Shown: positions 9,601-18,675, counted from the stretch's first letter. The stretch is 64,000 bases of DNA from an uncultured Bacillota bacterium (GCA_937973635.1 CALJJZ010000044.1:72-64071); one strand, 5' to 3'. Notes: generated by a model from the sequence alone, not told the origin. Made by a program: numbers and translations.

Positions 9601-10248
9601 ATGATTGAGCTTAAAAACTTGAGAAAAAGTTTTGAAGGGGAGCTTCTGCTGGATATCAGGGGTTTTACCTTTCAAAACGGGGTCAGCTATCTCTTTTTTG
9701 GCCCGTCCGGCTGCGGCAAGACCACACTATTAAACATCATTGCCGGCGTGATCCCGGCCGACTCCGGCCAGGTAATTGTTGACGGCTGTGATATAGGGGC
9801 ACTGAGCCCCGTAAAGCGTGATGCATACCGCCTGAGCACCGTAGGGTATGTCTTCCAGGAGTTTTACTTGCTGGAAAAGATGACTGTAGAAGACAATTTA
9901 AGGCTGCTGGAGCTCGAGCTGAAGCGGAAGGTCCCTGTGGACAGGACCCTTGAAGCCCTGGGCCTCGGCCCCAAAAAACATAAAAAGATAACGACCCTCT
10001 CCAGCGGCGAAAAGCAGCGGGTGGCCATTGCCCGGGCCCTAATTAAAGAGCCTGCGGTGCTGCTGGCCGATGAGCCCACGGGCAACCTGAACCCCAGGCT
10101 GGCCGGAGAGATCATGTCCTTGATCGCCGGCTGTGCGAGCAACCTCCATATCCCTGTGCTTGCAGTCTCCCACGATTATGGCATGAAGGGGTATTTCGAC
10201 GTGGCCCTGGAGATCTCTGAGCTGAACGGGGTGAACCTGCCATGCTGA
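9601..10248 (+). CDS. ABC transporter ATP-binding protein
   Basis: Walker A GPSGCGKTT, signature LSSGEKQRVAIARAL, Walker B LLADEPTGNLN. Its stop overlaps the next start. Confidence 0.9.
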   Translation: MIELKNLRKSFEGELLLDIRGFTFQNGVSYLFFGPSGCGKTTLLNIIAGVIPADSGQVIVDGCDIGALSPVKRDAYRLSTVGYVFQEFYLLEKMTVEDNLRLLELELKRKVPVDRTLEALGLGPKKHKKITTLSSGEKQRVAIARALIKEPAVLLADEPTGNLNPRLAGEIMSLIAGCASNLHIPVLAVSHDYGMKGYFDVALEISELNGVNLPC

Positions 10249-11537
10249 AACTGCTGAATTTTGCCCTGAAAAACCTGAGAACAAAACTGACCAGGGCAGT
10301 CCTTGCCTCCCTGGCCATTATCCTGTGCGCTACCATTGCCCTGGTCAGCTATAATACGGCCAAACAGGTACAGGACGGTGTCATCTCCACGGCAGGCTTT
10401 TACGATACCATTGTCGGCCCTGAAGGGAGCCCGCTCCAGCTTGCCCTGGCGACGATGTTTTTTGTGGAAAACCCCCTGGGCACAATCCCTTACGAGCACT
10501 ATGAAAAACTGCGCCACAACCCGGCAGTGCGGGAAATTTACCCCTTTGCCGCCGGTGATTTCTACCGCACCACGCGTATTATCGGGACCGTGCCCGCCTA
10601 TCTGCAGCGCTATGAACTGCAAGAAGGGCGGATCTTTGCCCAGCCTGGTGAAGCCGTCATCGGTTACCAGGTCGCCCGGTCAGGCATTTTGCGCCTTGAT
10701 GATGTCTTTGTGGGCGCCCATGGCTTTGCCGTCAACGGGCATATACACGATGATTTTGAGTACCGTGTGGTGGGCGTGCTGGCTAAAAGCAGGACGGCTG
10801 CGGATAATGTCATCTTTACCCCCATTGAGAGCGTCTGGCTTGTGCATGCTGACCATGACCATGAACATGCTGACCATGACCATGAACATGGGCATGAAGA
10901 TACTCACGACTACGTACACGGCCAGCCGGAAGGGGGCTCCGGCGAGGGCTCCAGCCGGCAAGACGGAGATATGCACGGGCAGGAAGCCGGAGAGCTAAAG
11001 GGGGACCTTGTCTCCATTATGCTCAGGACAGAAAGCCTTGCCGCACACGCACGGCTTGTGGCTGCATACAGGGAGATCCCCGGAGTCCAGGCCATTAATC
11101 CGGCTTCTGTTTTAAGGGAGCTGCTCGTCAACCTTACCCTCGGCCGGGACATTCTGTATGCGCTGGCGGCAATAATCATGTTTATGGCGGCAATAGTCAT
11201 CTATGTTACCACCGCCTCCTTTGTTGAAGACAGCAAGAAAGATCTCTTAATCATGCGCCTGGTGGGCATTAAGCGGAAAACTATCGTCCCCCTCTTTGTC
11301 CTCCAGACTGTTTTCCTTGCCGCTGTAAGTATGGCTGTCTCTTTTTTCTTGAGTTTCCTTGCCCTTTTGCTGATCAACAGGTTTACGGCGGCAAATTTTG
11401 GCCTGGTGATCGACGGTGCAAAACGTTACCCCGCCGAAATGCTGATTTTGCTCGTTATCTTTGTCATTATTGTCGTCTCCTCCCTTGTTTCCATCTTCCC
11501 GGTTTACCGGCATGACCCACTGGAGGGGAGATCATGA
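10242..11537 (+). CDS. FtsX/MacB-like ABC permease with a His-rich extracytoplasmic insert
   Basis: N-terminal TM, large periplasmic domain, and three C-terminal TMs in the FtsX fold. The insert reads HADHDHEHADHDHEHGHEDTHDYVHGQ and is encoded by an exact 21-nt tandem duplication. Confidence 0.8.
   Translation: MLKLLNFALKNLRTKLTRAVLASLAIILCATIALVSYNTAKQVQDGVISTAGFYDTIVGPEGSPLQLALATMFFVENPLGTIPYEHYEKLRHNPAVREIYPFAAGDFYRTTRIIGTVPAYLQRYELQEGRIFAQPGEAVIGYQVARSGILRLDDVFVGAHGFAVNGHIHDDFEYRVVGVLAKSRTAADNVIFTPIESVWLVHADHDHEHADHDHEHGHEDTHDYVHGQPEGGSGEGSSRQDGDMHGQEAGELKGDLVSIMLRTESLAAHARLVAAYREIPGVQAINPASVLRELLVNLTLGRDILYALAAIIMFMAAIVIYVTTASFVEDSKKDLLIMRLVGIKRKTIVPLFVLQTVFLAAVSMAVSFFLSFLALLLINRFTAANFGLVIDGAKRYPAEMLILLVIFVIIVVSSLVSIFPVYRHDPLEGRS
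10848..10889 (+). repeat. Exact 2 x 21-nt tandem duplication (gctgaccatgaccatgaacat) encoding ADHDHEH x2 inside the permease gene
   Basis: Direct reading of the sequence. Confidence 0.9.
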
Positions 11538-12355
11538 AAAAAATAGCCCTAGCCTTTACGGGGCTTATTTTGGCCCTGGTGCTTTTGTGTGCGGGGTGCT
11601 CCCCGGAAAAACAGGCCGGACAGGCCGGGGTGGTGGCGCTCCATTTCCGGGAGCTGATGGACGAGGACAACAACCTTTCCTTACGGGTGCGGGAGCTTGA
11701 CGGGAAAAAAGTCTCCATCACGGGGTTTATGGCCATGCAGTCGCCCCTTGATGGCAGTTTTGTTTACCTGACGAATATGCCCCTTGTAGTCTGCCCGTAC
11801 TGTATTCCCGGCACAAACACGCTCCTGAACGCCATCCCTGCCATAGCCCCTGCCGGCAAGCCGATCAAATATACCGAACAACCGGTAACGGTTATCGGCG
11901 TGCTGGAGATAGGGGAAAAGAAAGATTTTTTTGGCTATACCACGCCGCTGAGGATTAATGTGGAGAGCATAGCAGTGGCCGATGCCGGCAAACTGTCCCC
12001 CTCCCTCAAGGAATACGCCATGCTCGCTTCCGACGGCGTGATCATGGAGGTCCTGCTTCTCCTGGACCAGTTGGTGACCTACACCAGCTACGATTTGTCC
12101 GAGCTTGATCCGGCCATGCTTTACGCTGTTGACCTGGAAAAAATAGACGGGCTGATGGGGAAGGTCAGGGGCTACGGCGTGCCCTCTTACGGGGGCCTCA
12201 TAGATATTTTACAAGGGGCGAGGGAACTGGCCGTGGAGCTCAATCAGCTTATGGAAAGCGGCCGGCAGGAAGAGATGATAAACTTTGCCGCAGAAGGGGC
12301 CTTCCTCTGGCGTGCCTATTTCGCCTGGGCGGACGAAATGGCCACCCTGGACTAA
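11534..12355 (+). CDS. Lipoprotein of unknown function with CPYC motif; third gene of the ABC/FtsX operon
   Basis: Lipobox LLCAGCS after a signal peptide. CPYCIPG motif. The start overlaps the permease stop. Confidence 0.6.
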   Translation: MKKIALAFTGLILALVLLCAGCSPEKQAGQAGVVALHFRELMDEDNNLSLRVRELDGKKVSITGFMAMQSPLDGSFVYLTNMPLVVCPYCIPGTNTLLNAIPAIAPAGKPIKYTEQPVTVIGVLEIGEKKDFFGYTTPLRINVESIAVADAGKLSPSLKEYAMLASDGVIMEVLLLLDQLVTYTSYDLSELDPAMLYAVDLEKIDGLMGKVRGYGVPSYGGLIDILQGARELAVELNQLMESGRQEEMINFAAEGAFLWRAYFAWADEMATLD

Positions 12356-12372
12356 AAAATTCTGAAAAAATA

Positions 12373-12392
12373 GGGACACAATGAAAATTATT
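12373..12392 (+). repeat. REP-like repeat copy 1 (GGGACACAATGAAAATTATT)
   Basis: Identical core to the copy at 12443-12462. Confidence 0.7.
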
Positions 12393-12437
12393 AAAAACAT
12401 TATCAAGTTTTTTGCAAAGCGGACATAAAAATTTTAA

Positions 12438-12462
12438 ATTTCGGGACACAATGAAAATTATT
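12438..12462 (+). repeat. REP-like repeat copy 2 (AATTTCGGGACACAATGAAAATTATT)
   Basis: Direct sequence identity. Confidence 0.7.
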
Positions 12463-12495
12463 GACCATAAATGGTTTTGATTTTATAATGAATGC

Positions 12496-13164
12496 ATGCC
12501 AAGGATAGCCAGAGTTGTTGTTCCGGGAATCCCCCATCACATCACACAGCGTGGAAACCGGCGTCTCCCCACTTTTTTCTGCGACAATGATTACAAGCGT
12601 TATCTGCAGATTATGGCGGAGCAATGCAAAAAATGGGGTGTTAAGATCTGGGCATACTGTCTTATGCCCAATCATGTGCATCTCATTGCTGTGCCTGCTA
12701 CAGAAGAAGCCCTGGCCGCTGCAGTCGGCGAAGCGCACCGCCGTTATACCTGGCTGATAAATAACCGGGAAAAATGGAGCGGCTTTTTATGGCAGGGTCG
12801 TTTTGCCTCATGCCCGCTGGATGAAGCTCATTTATACCTTGCAGCCCGTTACATTGAACTTAATCCTGTCCGTGCTGGCCTGGTAAAACATGCCCGGGAT
12901 TATCGCTGGAGCAGTGCGGCGGCACATTTTGCCGGGCGTGATGATATCCTGGTGGAGGTGGCGCCTCTAATAAACATGTTTGGGGATTGGGAGAAATACC
13001 TAGGGATTGATATTGCCGAGGAAGAATCAAAAAAGATTAAACGCCATGTGCAAAGCGGTGTCCCTTTGGGAGACGAAAAATTTGTATCTGACCTTGAGGA
13101 AAGGTTTGGCCTGAAATTCAGGCCGCAAAGGAGAGGCCCCAAAGGTTCCTGGAAACACAAATAA
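12496..13164 (+). CDS. REP-associated tyrosine transposase RayT (IS200/IS605-like Y1 HuH transposase, COG1943)
   Basis: HHITQRGNRR near the N-terminus, HuH motif PNHVHLIA, and catalytic Tyr region RYIELNPVRAGLV...YRWSS. The 222-aa length fits RAYT. Confidence 0.8.
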   Translation: MPRIARVVVPGIPHHITQRGNRRLPTFFCDNDYKRYLQIMAEQCKKWGVKIWAYCLMPNHVHLIAVPATEEALAAAVGEAHRRYTWLINNREKWSGFLWQGRFASCPLDEAHLYLAARYIELNPVRAGLVKHARDYRWSSAAAHFAGRDDILVEVAPLINMFGDWEKYLGIDIAEEESKKIKRHVQSGVPLGDEKFVSDLEERFGLKFRPQRRGPKGSWKHK

Positions 13165-13207
13165 CCTTCCTCAGCTTAACCCTGGTTTTCTGCACGGCAT
13201 AATAGGC

Positions 13208-13263
13208 ATAATTATCATTGTGTCCCGAAATTTTAGAAAATTTCGGGACACAATGATAATTAT
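13208..13263. repeat. Perfect palindromic REP pair (ATAATTATCATTGTGTCCCGAAATTTT-aga-AAAATTTCGGGACACAATGATAATTAT)
   Basis: About 26-nt arms with a 3-nt loop, forming a long hairpin. Confidence 0.85.
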
Positions 13264-13304
13264 TAATTATACAGAGGCTTGATAGGACAGGAGGTGGTGG
13301 GTAT

Positions 13305-14015
13305 ATGCGTGTGTGGGATATTCATCCCGGCTACCTTTCGCGGGAAAGCCTGCTGGGACAGCATGTGGAAATCCATAGCGTTTTCAGCGTGATAACGGGG
13401 CACAAAAAAGGCTATGCCCGCCACCCCGAAACATTGCGCTGGCGCAGCAACCTGCCGGAGCTGAAAAAGGTCCACGACCTGACAGTAAGGGAGATGATCC
13501 TGCGCGGTTACGGGCACCGCTCACCTCTACCCGCACCGGCAGAGGACGAAGGGACAGAAGCAAAGAGGCTAGACTGGGTTGATCCGCCCCATACCCAGTT
13601 TGGGCTCCTGGAGGCCAAATATGCCGCTGCCCGGCGGGAGGGCCGTATCCCCCTGCCCCGCTACAGCTCCCAGTTCTGGGCCCACCACAAGTACGCCGTC
13701 ATGGGCCGGGGGTACAATTTTTACAGGGAGATCCAGGCGTACATGGGAAGGGGAAAGGACCTGCCCATCGGGCAGAACGAGGGGCTGGTGCTCCGTGTTT
13801 TGGAGCTGCTCTGTGCCCCCTTAGACAGACGGGGGCTGAGGAATACCCTGGAGCACCTGTGGGGTTATTTTAAAGAGAAGGCCGGCGCAGCGGAAAAGGA
13901 AATGTTCCAGGCAAACCTGGCTGCAGATCCTTTTTCGCTGCTGTCCTTTCTTTACAGCCTGGCCTGCAAGTACGATGTTGTGTACCTCCGTCATTCCACC
14001 ATTTTCAGCGATTAA
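13305..14015 (+). CDS. Pyrimidine-dimer DNA glycosylase-like protein (T4 endonuclease V / Pyr_excise family) with C-terminal extension
   Basis: The N-terminus MRVWDIHPGYLSRESLLGQHVEIHSVFSVITGHKKGYARHPETLRW matches the bacterial DenV-like pattern as I recall it (MR.WD.HP..L....LLGEHRELH...KKGY.RHPE..RW). Confidence 0.45.
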   Translation: MRVWDIHPGYLSRESLLGQHVEIHSVFSVITGHKKGYARHPETLRWRSNLPELKKVHDLTVREMILRGYGHRSPLPAPAEDEGTEAKRLDWVDPPHTQFGLLEAKYAAARREGRIPLPRYSSQFWAHHKYAVMGRGYNFYREIQAYMGRGKDLPIGQNEGLVLRVLELLCAPLDRRGLRNTLEHLWGYFKEKAGAAEKEMFQANLAADPFSLLSFLYSLACKYDVVYLRHSTIFSD

Positions 14016-14120
14016 TTTTAGTAAAAGATAAAAGGTGGGCCTGTGAGCCTGCCGATTATAAAACAGGGGCAGATCCGTAACTTCTTTATAAAGAACTACT
14101 ATAGCTTCATGCCAAATATA

Positions 14121-14147
14121 ATAATTTTTATTGTGTCCCGAAATTTT
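14121..14147 (-). repeat. REP-like repeat copy in inverse orientation (ATAATTTTTATTGTGTCCCGAAATTTT)
   Basis: Reverse complement of the core. It lies exactly at the 5' truncation point of the IS256 fragment. Confidence 0.7.
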
Positions 14148-14151
14148 CAGG

Positions 14152-14487
14152 GCGATGAACAGCTTCGAAGATGACCTTGAAGCCTCGCTCGCTCACCTCT
14201 ATCTGCCGGCGGTGCACCGTAAATATTTGCGCACCACCAATCTAATCGAGCGCAGCTTAGGCGAACAGAGAAGACGCAGCAAGGTGACCCCTCGCTTCTT
14301 CGATGAAAAGAGTGCGCTCAAACTTGCCTTCGCTACACTTTGGCGAACCAGCCTCAAGCGGCAAAAGGTCAGGTTTTCAGAGATCGAACAGAAACAGGTT
14401 TTTGAGTTGCGTAAAAAGCTGGGTTTGATTCCCAAACAGACAGATATGAATGACGAAAATCAAGAGAAAGATGGTAATGCCGCTTGA
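14152..14487 (+). pseudogene. IS256-family (mutator-type) transposase, C-terminal fragment only
   Basis: LYLPAVHRKYLRTTNLIERSLGEQRRRSKV...ALKLAFATL matches the C-terminal approximately 110 aa of IS256 transposases. The catalytic DDE region is absent, and the fragment begins right after a REP copy. Confidence 0.6.
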
Positions 14488-14638
14488 ACCAGGCCGAGCT
14501 TTTTTACAGACAAAATTGGACTTGACCTCGGCTTCTTTCTCATTTTTTTCTCAGAAATCATTTTCCATACTTTAAGCTTAATATAACCGATAATCGCTGC
14601 AGCTATAGCAATTAACACCCACCAGTACCATTCCATTT

Positions 14639-15646
14639 TTATTCACCTCCTGCAGGCATTAAGCGGCTGCGTGTAATTTTAAACATAATGAGCAGCAGCG
14701 CCCCGCTTAATAGCAGGGTCAGCAGCAGAGCCATCCAGAAAGAACCCGTCAGCTGAGACCCGAAAAAAATACTTCTTAACATCTGGAACTGCCAGTAATT
14801 TGGCAGGGGGTAAAAGATAAGTTGCCAGCGCTCCGGAACGAAGAGCGAGACAATCGGCAGGGCCAGGTAGATGGGCATAAGCACTTTAATCACGGCAATA
14901 GCGCTGACCTGGTTGTTTGCAAAACCGCCCACTGTCAGGGTCAAGGCGGCAATAATCAGGATTGAAGCAGCGATGGCAGTGGCCAGCAGGAGGTAGTTGA
15001 TCGCAGATCCGCTTAAGATCAAGGCCGTACCTGTGGTTACAAGGGAGGCGACTACAAACGCCCCCAGGGTTCTGGCTATGATATAGCGATGCAGCCCGAG
15101 CGGGGTGACCGCCAGGGCACTGACGGCCCTGGTGTCTTTTTCATCGATAATGTTAAAGCCGGAGGCCACACCGCCCAGGAGGAGGGCCAGCATTATCAGT
15201 GAGAGGATAAGGATCTCCTCAAAAAGGGAAGAGCCTTCAGCGATGCTGCGCGCTTCATATTCAATCAACCTTTCCGGAGAAGTAACAGCGGTCAGCACCG
15301 CCTTTCCGGCCTCGATAATAGCTTCCGGCTCATTACTTTCGAACAATAACACCACTTCTTCGTCTTCTAAGATCACTCCCGGCACGGCATCGTTCTGTTC
15401 CACCCTGACTACAACTTCTTCATTGGTATCGAAGATCTCTACGACAGCGTAATTCTCCAGGGCAGCAGTCACGTCATCACCGACCTGCCTAGACAAGGCC
15501 ATTGTTAAGCCGGTTGCTTCGACCGAGGGCAGGAAAAGCCTGACCAGCAGGGCTAGCAAGAGCGGCGAAACAATCATGTATAAAACAATGTTATCGCGCA
15601 GGGCGGTGGCCAGGTCCTGGCGCAGCAAATTTAAGATTGCCTTCAT
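14639..15646 (-). CDS. ABC-2 type transporter permease
   Basis: Six-TM profile of the ABC-2 family. Last gene of the operon. Confidence 0.75.
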   Translation of the reverse strand: MKAILNLLRQDLATALRDNIVLYMIVSPLLLALLVRLFLPSVEATGLTMALSRQVGDDVTAALENYAVVEIFDTNEEVVVRVEQNDAVPGVILEDEEVVLLFESNEPEAIIEAGKAVLTAVTSPERLIEYEARSIAEGSSLFEEILILSLIMLALLLGGVASGFNIIDEKDTRAVSALAVTPLGLHRYIIARTLGAFVVASLVTTGTALILSGSAINYLLLATAIAASILIIAALTLTVGGFANNQVSAIAVIKVLMPIYLALPIVSLFVPERWQLIFYPLPNYWQFQMLRSIFFGSQLTGSFWMALLLTLLLSGALLLIMFKITRSRLMPAGGE

Positions 15647-16687
15647 TCAGCGTCCCTCCCTCATCAGTTTGAATTGAACAACCAGATGGCAGAGCAGGTA
15701 AGAGAGGATCGCCGCTGCTGCCAGGTATATATAGAGAGAAGTAAGATCTCTGCCGGTGGGGAAAAGAATCTCCCGCAGACCAAAAATAATCGGATAAGAC
15801 GGGATATGGGTGACCCAGGCCGGAGCGAAAGAAGGCCAGCCGTAGGAGATGACCGGGGTCATGTTCACTATCAGCAGGGCGATACCGACAAAGAGCCACT
15901 CGGAAATATTGTTGAAAAAGGCAGCCACTACCAGGCCCAAGCAGGTGTAGAAGAAGCAGCCCAGGATGAGGGTGAGGACCAGGGCCGGGTAGTTCAGGCT
16001 CACCCCGATGGTGGTCATAATCATCAGGAAGCCGTAAAGGAAGCCGATCAGGCTGAATACCGCTCCCTTGGCCAGGATATAAGGGGAGGTGCCCCCGGGC
16101 GTGACCCGGTAGGCGCGGTTCACGCCGTCCGCCTTCTCCTGAAAGAGGAGTACCGCCGCCATCAGGAAGCCCAGAACAATCACCTCGAAGGCTAGCAGGG
16201 GCGGCACCGCATTCTGATTCTGGGGCACCGGTGCACTCAAAGGCCGCAAGTATTCAACCCGGTAACCGTCTCCGTTTTCCAGACCATAATAGGGGCGCAG
16301 CGGTCCTTCCAGGGCTGCGGTAATCAGGTTCAGGTTCTGCTCTCTGATGGTGCCGTAGTGAAGGATGGTAATCTGCGGCGTTTCCCCGGAGGTGCTAAAA
16401 TAAACGCCGATTGAGCCGGGGTCAGCCTGTACCGCTTGCTCAAGCTTTTCCAGGCTGTCGAGAATAAATTCATCATCCAAACCCTCCCGCCGCGCTTCCT
16501 TTTCGAGATAGCCCATCTCGCTGGCATCGTAGAAATAGTAGGTATCCTCCAGGTCATAGTCGGCCGGGATTAGAAAGAGCACAACCAGGATGATTACCAC
16601 CAGCGCTCCCGCTACCACCCACATCAGGGCGTTGCGCGAGACAACGGCCAGATCCTGCATGAAGAGCGATAGAAAGCGGCGCATCAT
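15647..16687 (-). CDS. ABC-2 type transporter permease (second)
   Basis: N-terminal TM, extracellular loop, and five C-terminal TMs. Its stop overlaps the ATPase start. Confidence 0.75.
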   Translation of the reverse strand: MMRRFLSLFMQDLAVVSRNALMWVVAGALVVIILVVLFLIPADYDLEDTYYFYDASEMGYLEKEARREGLDDEFILDSLEKLEQAVQADPGSIGVYFSTSGETPQITILHYGTIREQNLNLITAALEGPLRPYYGLENGDGYRVEYLRPLSAPVPQNQNAVPPLLAFEVIVLGFLMAAVLLFQEKADGVNRAYRVTPGGTSPYILAKGAVFSLIGFLYGFLMIMTTIGVSLNYPALVLTLILGCFFYTCLGLVVAAFFNNISEWLFVGIALLIVNMTPVISYGWPSFAPAWVTHIPSYPIIFGLREILFPTGRDLTSLYIYLAAAAILSYLLCHLVVQFKLMREGR

Positions 16688-17541
16688 GCTGACAGCTCCC
16701 TTCCGGTAAGGCGAATAAAGATCTGCTCCAGGCTTGCTTCCTGGGAATGGATGGTCTGCACTTCTTTGGATTCGATAATTTCCTGCAGGGCGCGGCGATC
16801 TTCTTCACGGGCCAGGAAATACAGTTTACTCTTTACACTTCCGTTTTCATAATACTCTACCCGGACGGACTGCTCCCCGTATTTCAGTTTCAGGGCCCGG
16901 GGCGAATCCATGGCTACGATGGAGCCCTCATTGAGAAAAGCCACCCGGTCACAGATCTCTTCGGCGGTATACATGTTGTGGGTGGTGAGAAATACGGTTG
17001 CTCCTTCGCTTCTTTTCTGCAGGATAATATTTTTCACTTTAGCCGCCGTGACCGGGTCGAGGCTGGCCGTCGGTTCGTCGAGAAAGAGAATGCCCGGGTT
17101 GTTGATCAAGGCGCGGGCAAAAACAAGGCGCTGCTTCATCCCCTTGGAATAGGCGGCCACTTTACGGTTGGCCGCTTCGCCCAGGTCTACCAGTTCCAGG
17201 AGCTCCAGCGGCGGGTGGGTCGGCACATCGAAGAGGCCGGCGTAATAGCGCAGGTTTTCCAGACCGCTCAGCTTGGTATAAAGATTCGGGTGCTCAAAAG
17301 AGACGCCGATACGGTTAAAAAAAGCTCTTCTAATCTTTGATACTTTTTCGCCGCCGTAGAGCACCTCTCCCTGTTGCAGTTTCAAAAGGCCGATCATAAT
17401 GTTCTGGACCGTGCTTTTTCCGGCACCGCTCGGTCCAAGAAAACCGAATATCTCGCCTTCGTCAATCTGAAAAGAGACACCCTTAACGGCATATTTACCC
17501 TTGCCGGTGTAATCATGGGAAAGATTTTTAACTTCAATCAC
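16684..17541 (-). CDS. ABC transporter ATP-binding protein (export-type)
   Basis: Walker A GPSGAGKST, signature YSKGMKQRLVFARAL, Walker B LFLDEPTASLD. Confidence 0.9.
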   Translation of the reverse strand: MIEVKNLSHDYTGKGKYAVKGVSFQIDEGEIFGFLGPSGAGKSTVQNIMIGLLKLQQGEVLYGGEKVSKIRRAFFNRIGVSFEHPNLYTKLSGLENLRYYAGLFDVPTHPPLELLELVDLGEAANRKVAAYSKGMKQRLVFARALINNPGILFLDEPTASLDPVTAAKVKNIILQKRSEGATVFLTTHNMYTAEEICDRVAFLNEGSIVAMDSPRALKLKYGEQSVRVEYYENGSVKSKLYFLAREEDRRALQEIIESKEVQTIHSQEASLEQIFIRLTGRELSA

Positions 17542-17885
17542 CGCTTACTCCTCCTATCGCCGTCTCCGGCTGCTTTGACGCTTTGGATCAGCTTTTCCAT
17601 TTCAGAGAGATATTCATTCAACGCCTTCATCCCCTCCGGTGTTAGCGATACATGGGTAGCCGGCTTGCGACCAACAATGCGCTTTTCAATTTTCACATAC
17701 CCCGCCTCCTCCAGGTTGCGCAACTGAATAGAGAGGTTGCCGGCCGTAAGATCCAGCTTTTCTTTAAGCTCCAAGAAGGGCACTTTTTGATGCTCACCGG
17801 CAGCCAGATAACTCAGGATCAGCAGCCGGGCTCTCTCATGGATCACCTTATCTATTGACGGTTGTGTTCTCTCCCTGGCAGCCAT
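17538..17885 (-). CDS. Winged-helix transcriptional regulator (MarR/ArsR-like), first of two regulator-like genes in the ABC-2 operon
   Basis: About 115 aa with an HTH (LTAGNLSIQLRNLEEAGYV) and wing (HVSLTPEG). Overlaps the ATPase start. Confidence 0.6.
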   Translation of the reverse strand: MAARERTQPSIDKVIHERARLLILSYLAAGEHQKVPFLELKEKLDLTAGNLSIQLRNLEEAGYVKIEKRIVGRKPATHVSLTPEGMKALNEYLSEMEKLIQSVKAAGDGDRRSKR

Positions 17886-17888
17886 TTT

Positions 17889-18578
17889 TTATGCTTTCCC
17901 TTTGTTAAAAAGATAGTCGGAAGCGGCCATGATTAAAAACCCTACTCCGAAACCGAAGATCAGCTGCAGCAAAACATACAGTTCAGGCAGCCAGATCAGG
18001 TATACAAAACCGGTTAAAAGTAACCAACACCCGAAATAGATCATCGCCCGCAGATAAAATATTGTCGAAAGGGAAAAGCAAAGCAGGGCAAAAATGATCA
18101 TCAGCAAAGGCAAGGCCATTTTATCAAAGCCGCTGAAGCTGAAATATAGCGGCAGGGCAACAAGACTGATTAAGAAAGGAATTAACATGGTCAAAAAGCG
18201 GTGGGTATAGACTACGTCAAAAAATTGAATGAAAGTAATCTGCGCGTTAATTTCACGAGCCCGGGCAAAAAGGCCACGGATTTTCAGGCCGCCGACTAAT
18301 ATAAAAGAAAGGGCGATAGCCAGATAAAGCACCAACTTAATTTGGGAAGGTATGGCAGCATAACTGCCGTGTTGCAGGATAAAATAGTAGAAGAGCGTGC
18401 AGAAAAGGATCATCAGCGCTCCGGTTAAAAAGGTGACCGGGCGCAGTGTTTGCGATACGTCCATATACTGCAGGATCGAACCACTCCTGGTTACCGCTTT
18501 CTTTATAAGCTTCAAATCCTCTTCCAGCTTACTAATTTCATTTTGCTTATCCGGCTGCTCTTCTTTCACTTCAACCAC
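17889..18578 (-). CDS. Integral membrane protein of unknown function (operon leader)
   Basis: Polar coiled-coil-like N-terminus followed by five to six TM helices. No recognisable family. Confidence 0.5.
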   Translation of the reverse strand: MVEVKEEQPDKQNEISKLEEDLKLIKKAVTRSGSILQYMDVSQTLRPVTFLTGALMILFCTLFYYFILQHGSYAAIPSQIKLVLYLAIALSFILVGGLKIRGLFARAREINAQITFIQFFDVVYTHRFLTMLIPFLISLVALPLYFSFSGFDKMALPLLMIIFALLCFSLSTIFYLRAMIYFGCWLLLTGFVYLIWLPELYVLLQLIFGFGVGFLIMAASDYLFNKGKA

Positions 18579-18641
18579 CCCGTTAATTTAGTTTATATTA
18601 TAAACTACTTATTAGTATAAATCGTTTTGCGTGATTGTCAA

Positions 18642-18675
18642 TACCCTTAAAAAATAAATACCCTTAAAAAATAAA
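18642..18675. repeat. Exact 2 x 17-nt tandem repeat (TACCCTTAAAAAATAAA) in a 550-bp AT-rich non-coding region
   Basis: Direct reading. Confidence 0.8.

Larger units (their letters stand above)
12371..13263 (+). mobile_element. REP-associated tyrosine transposase (RAYT) locus flanked by REP-like hairpin repeats
   Basis: A Y1 HuH transposase gene is bracketed by copies of TTTCGGGACACAATGA(A/T)AATTAT. Two direct copies lie upstream. A perfect head-to-head palindrome lies downstream. Confidence 0.6.

Noticed and set aside
10303-10998. 231-aa alternative-frame ORF inside the FtsX-like permease gene
   Set aside because: Out-of-frame overlap with a gene that has a clear family signature. No domain features.
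18642-18675. Possible CRISPR-like repeat
   Set aside because: Only two contiguous 17-nt copies with no spacers and no cas genes. This is a simple tandem duplication.
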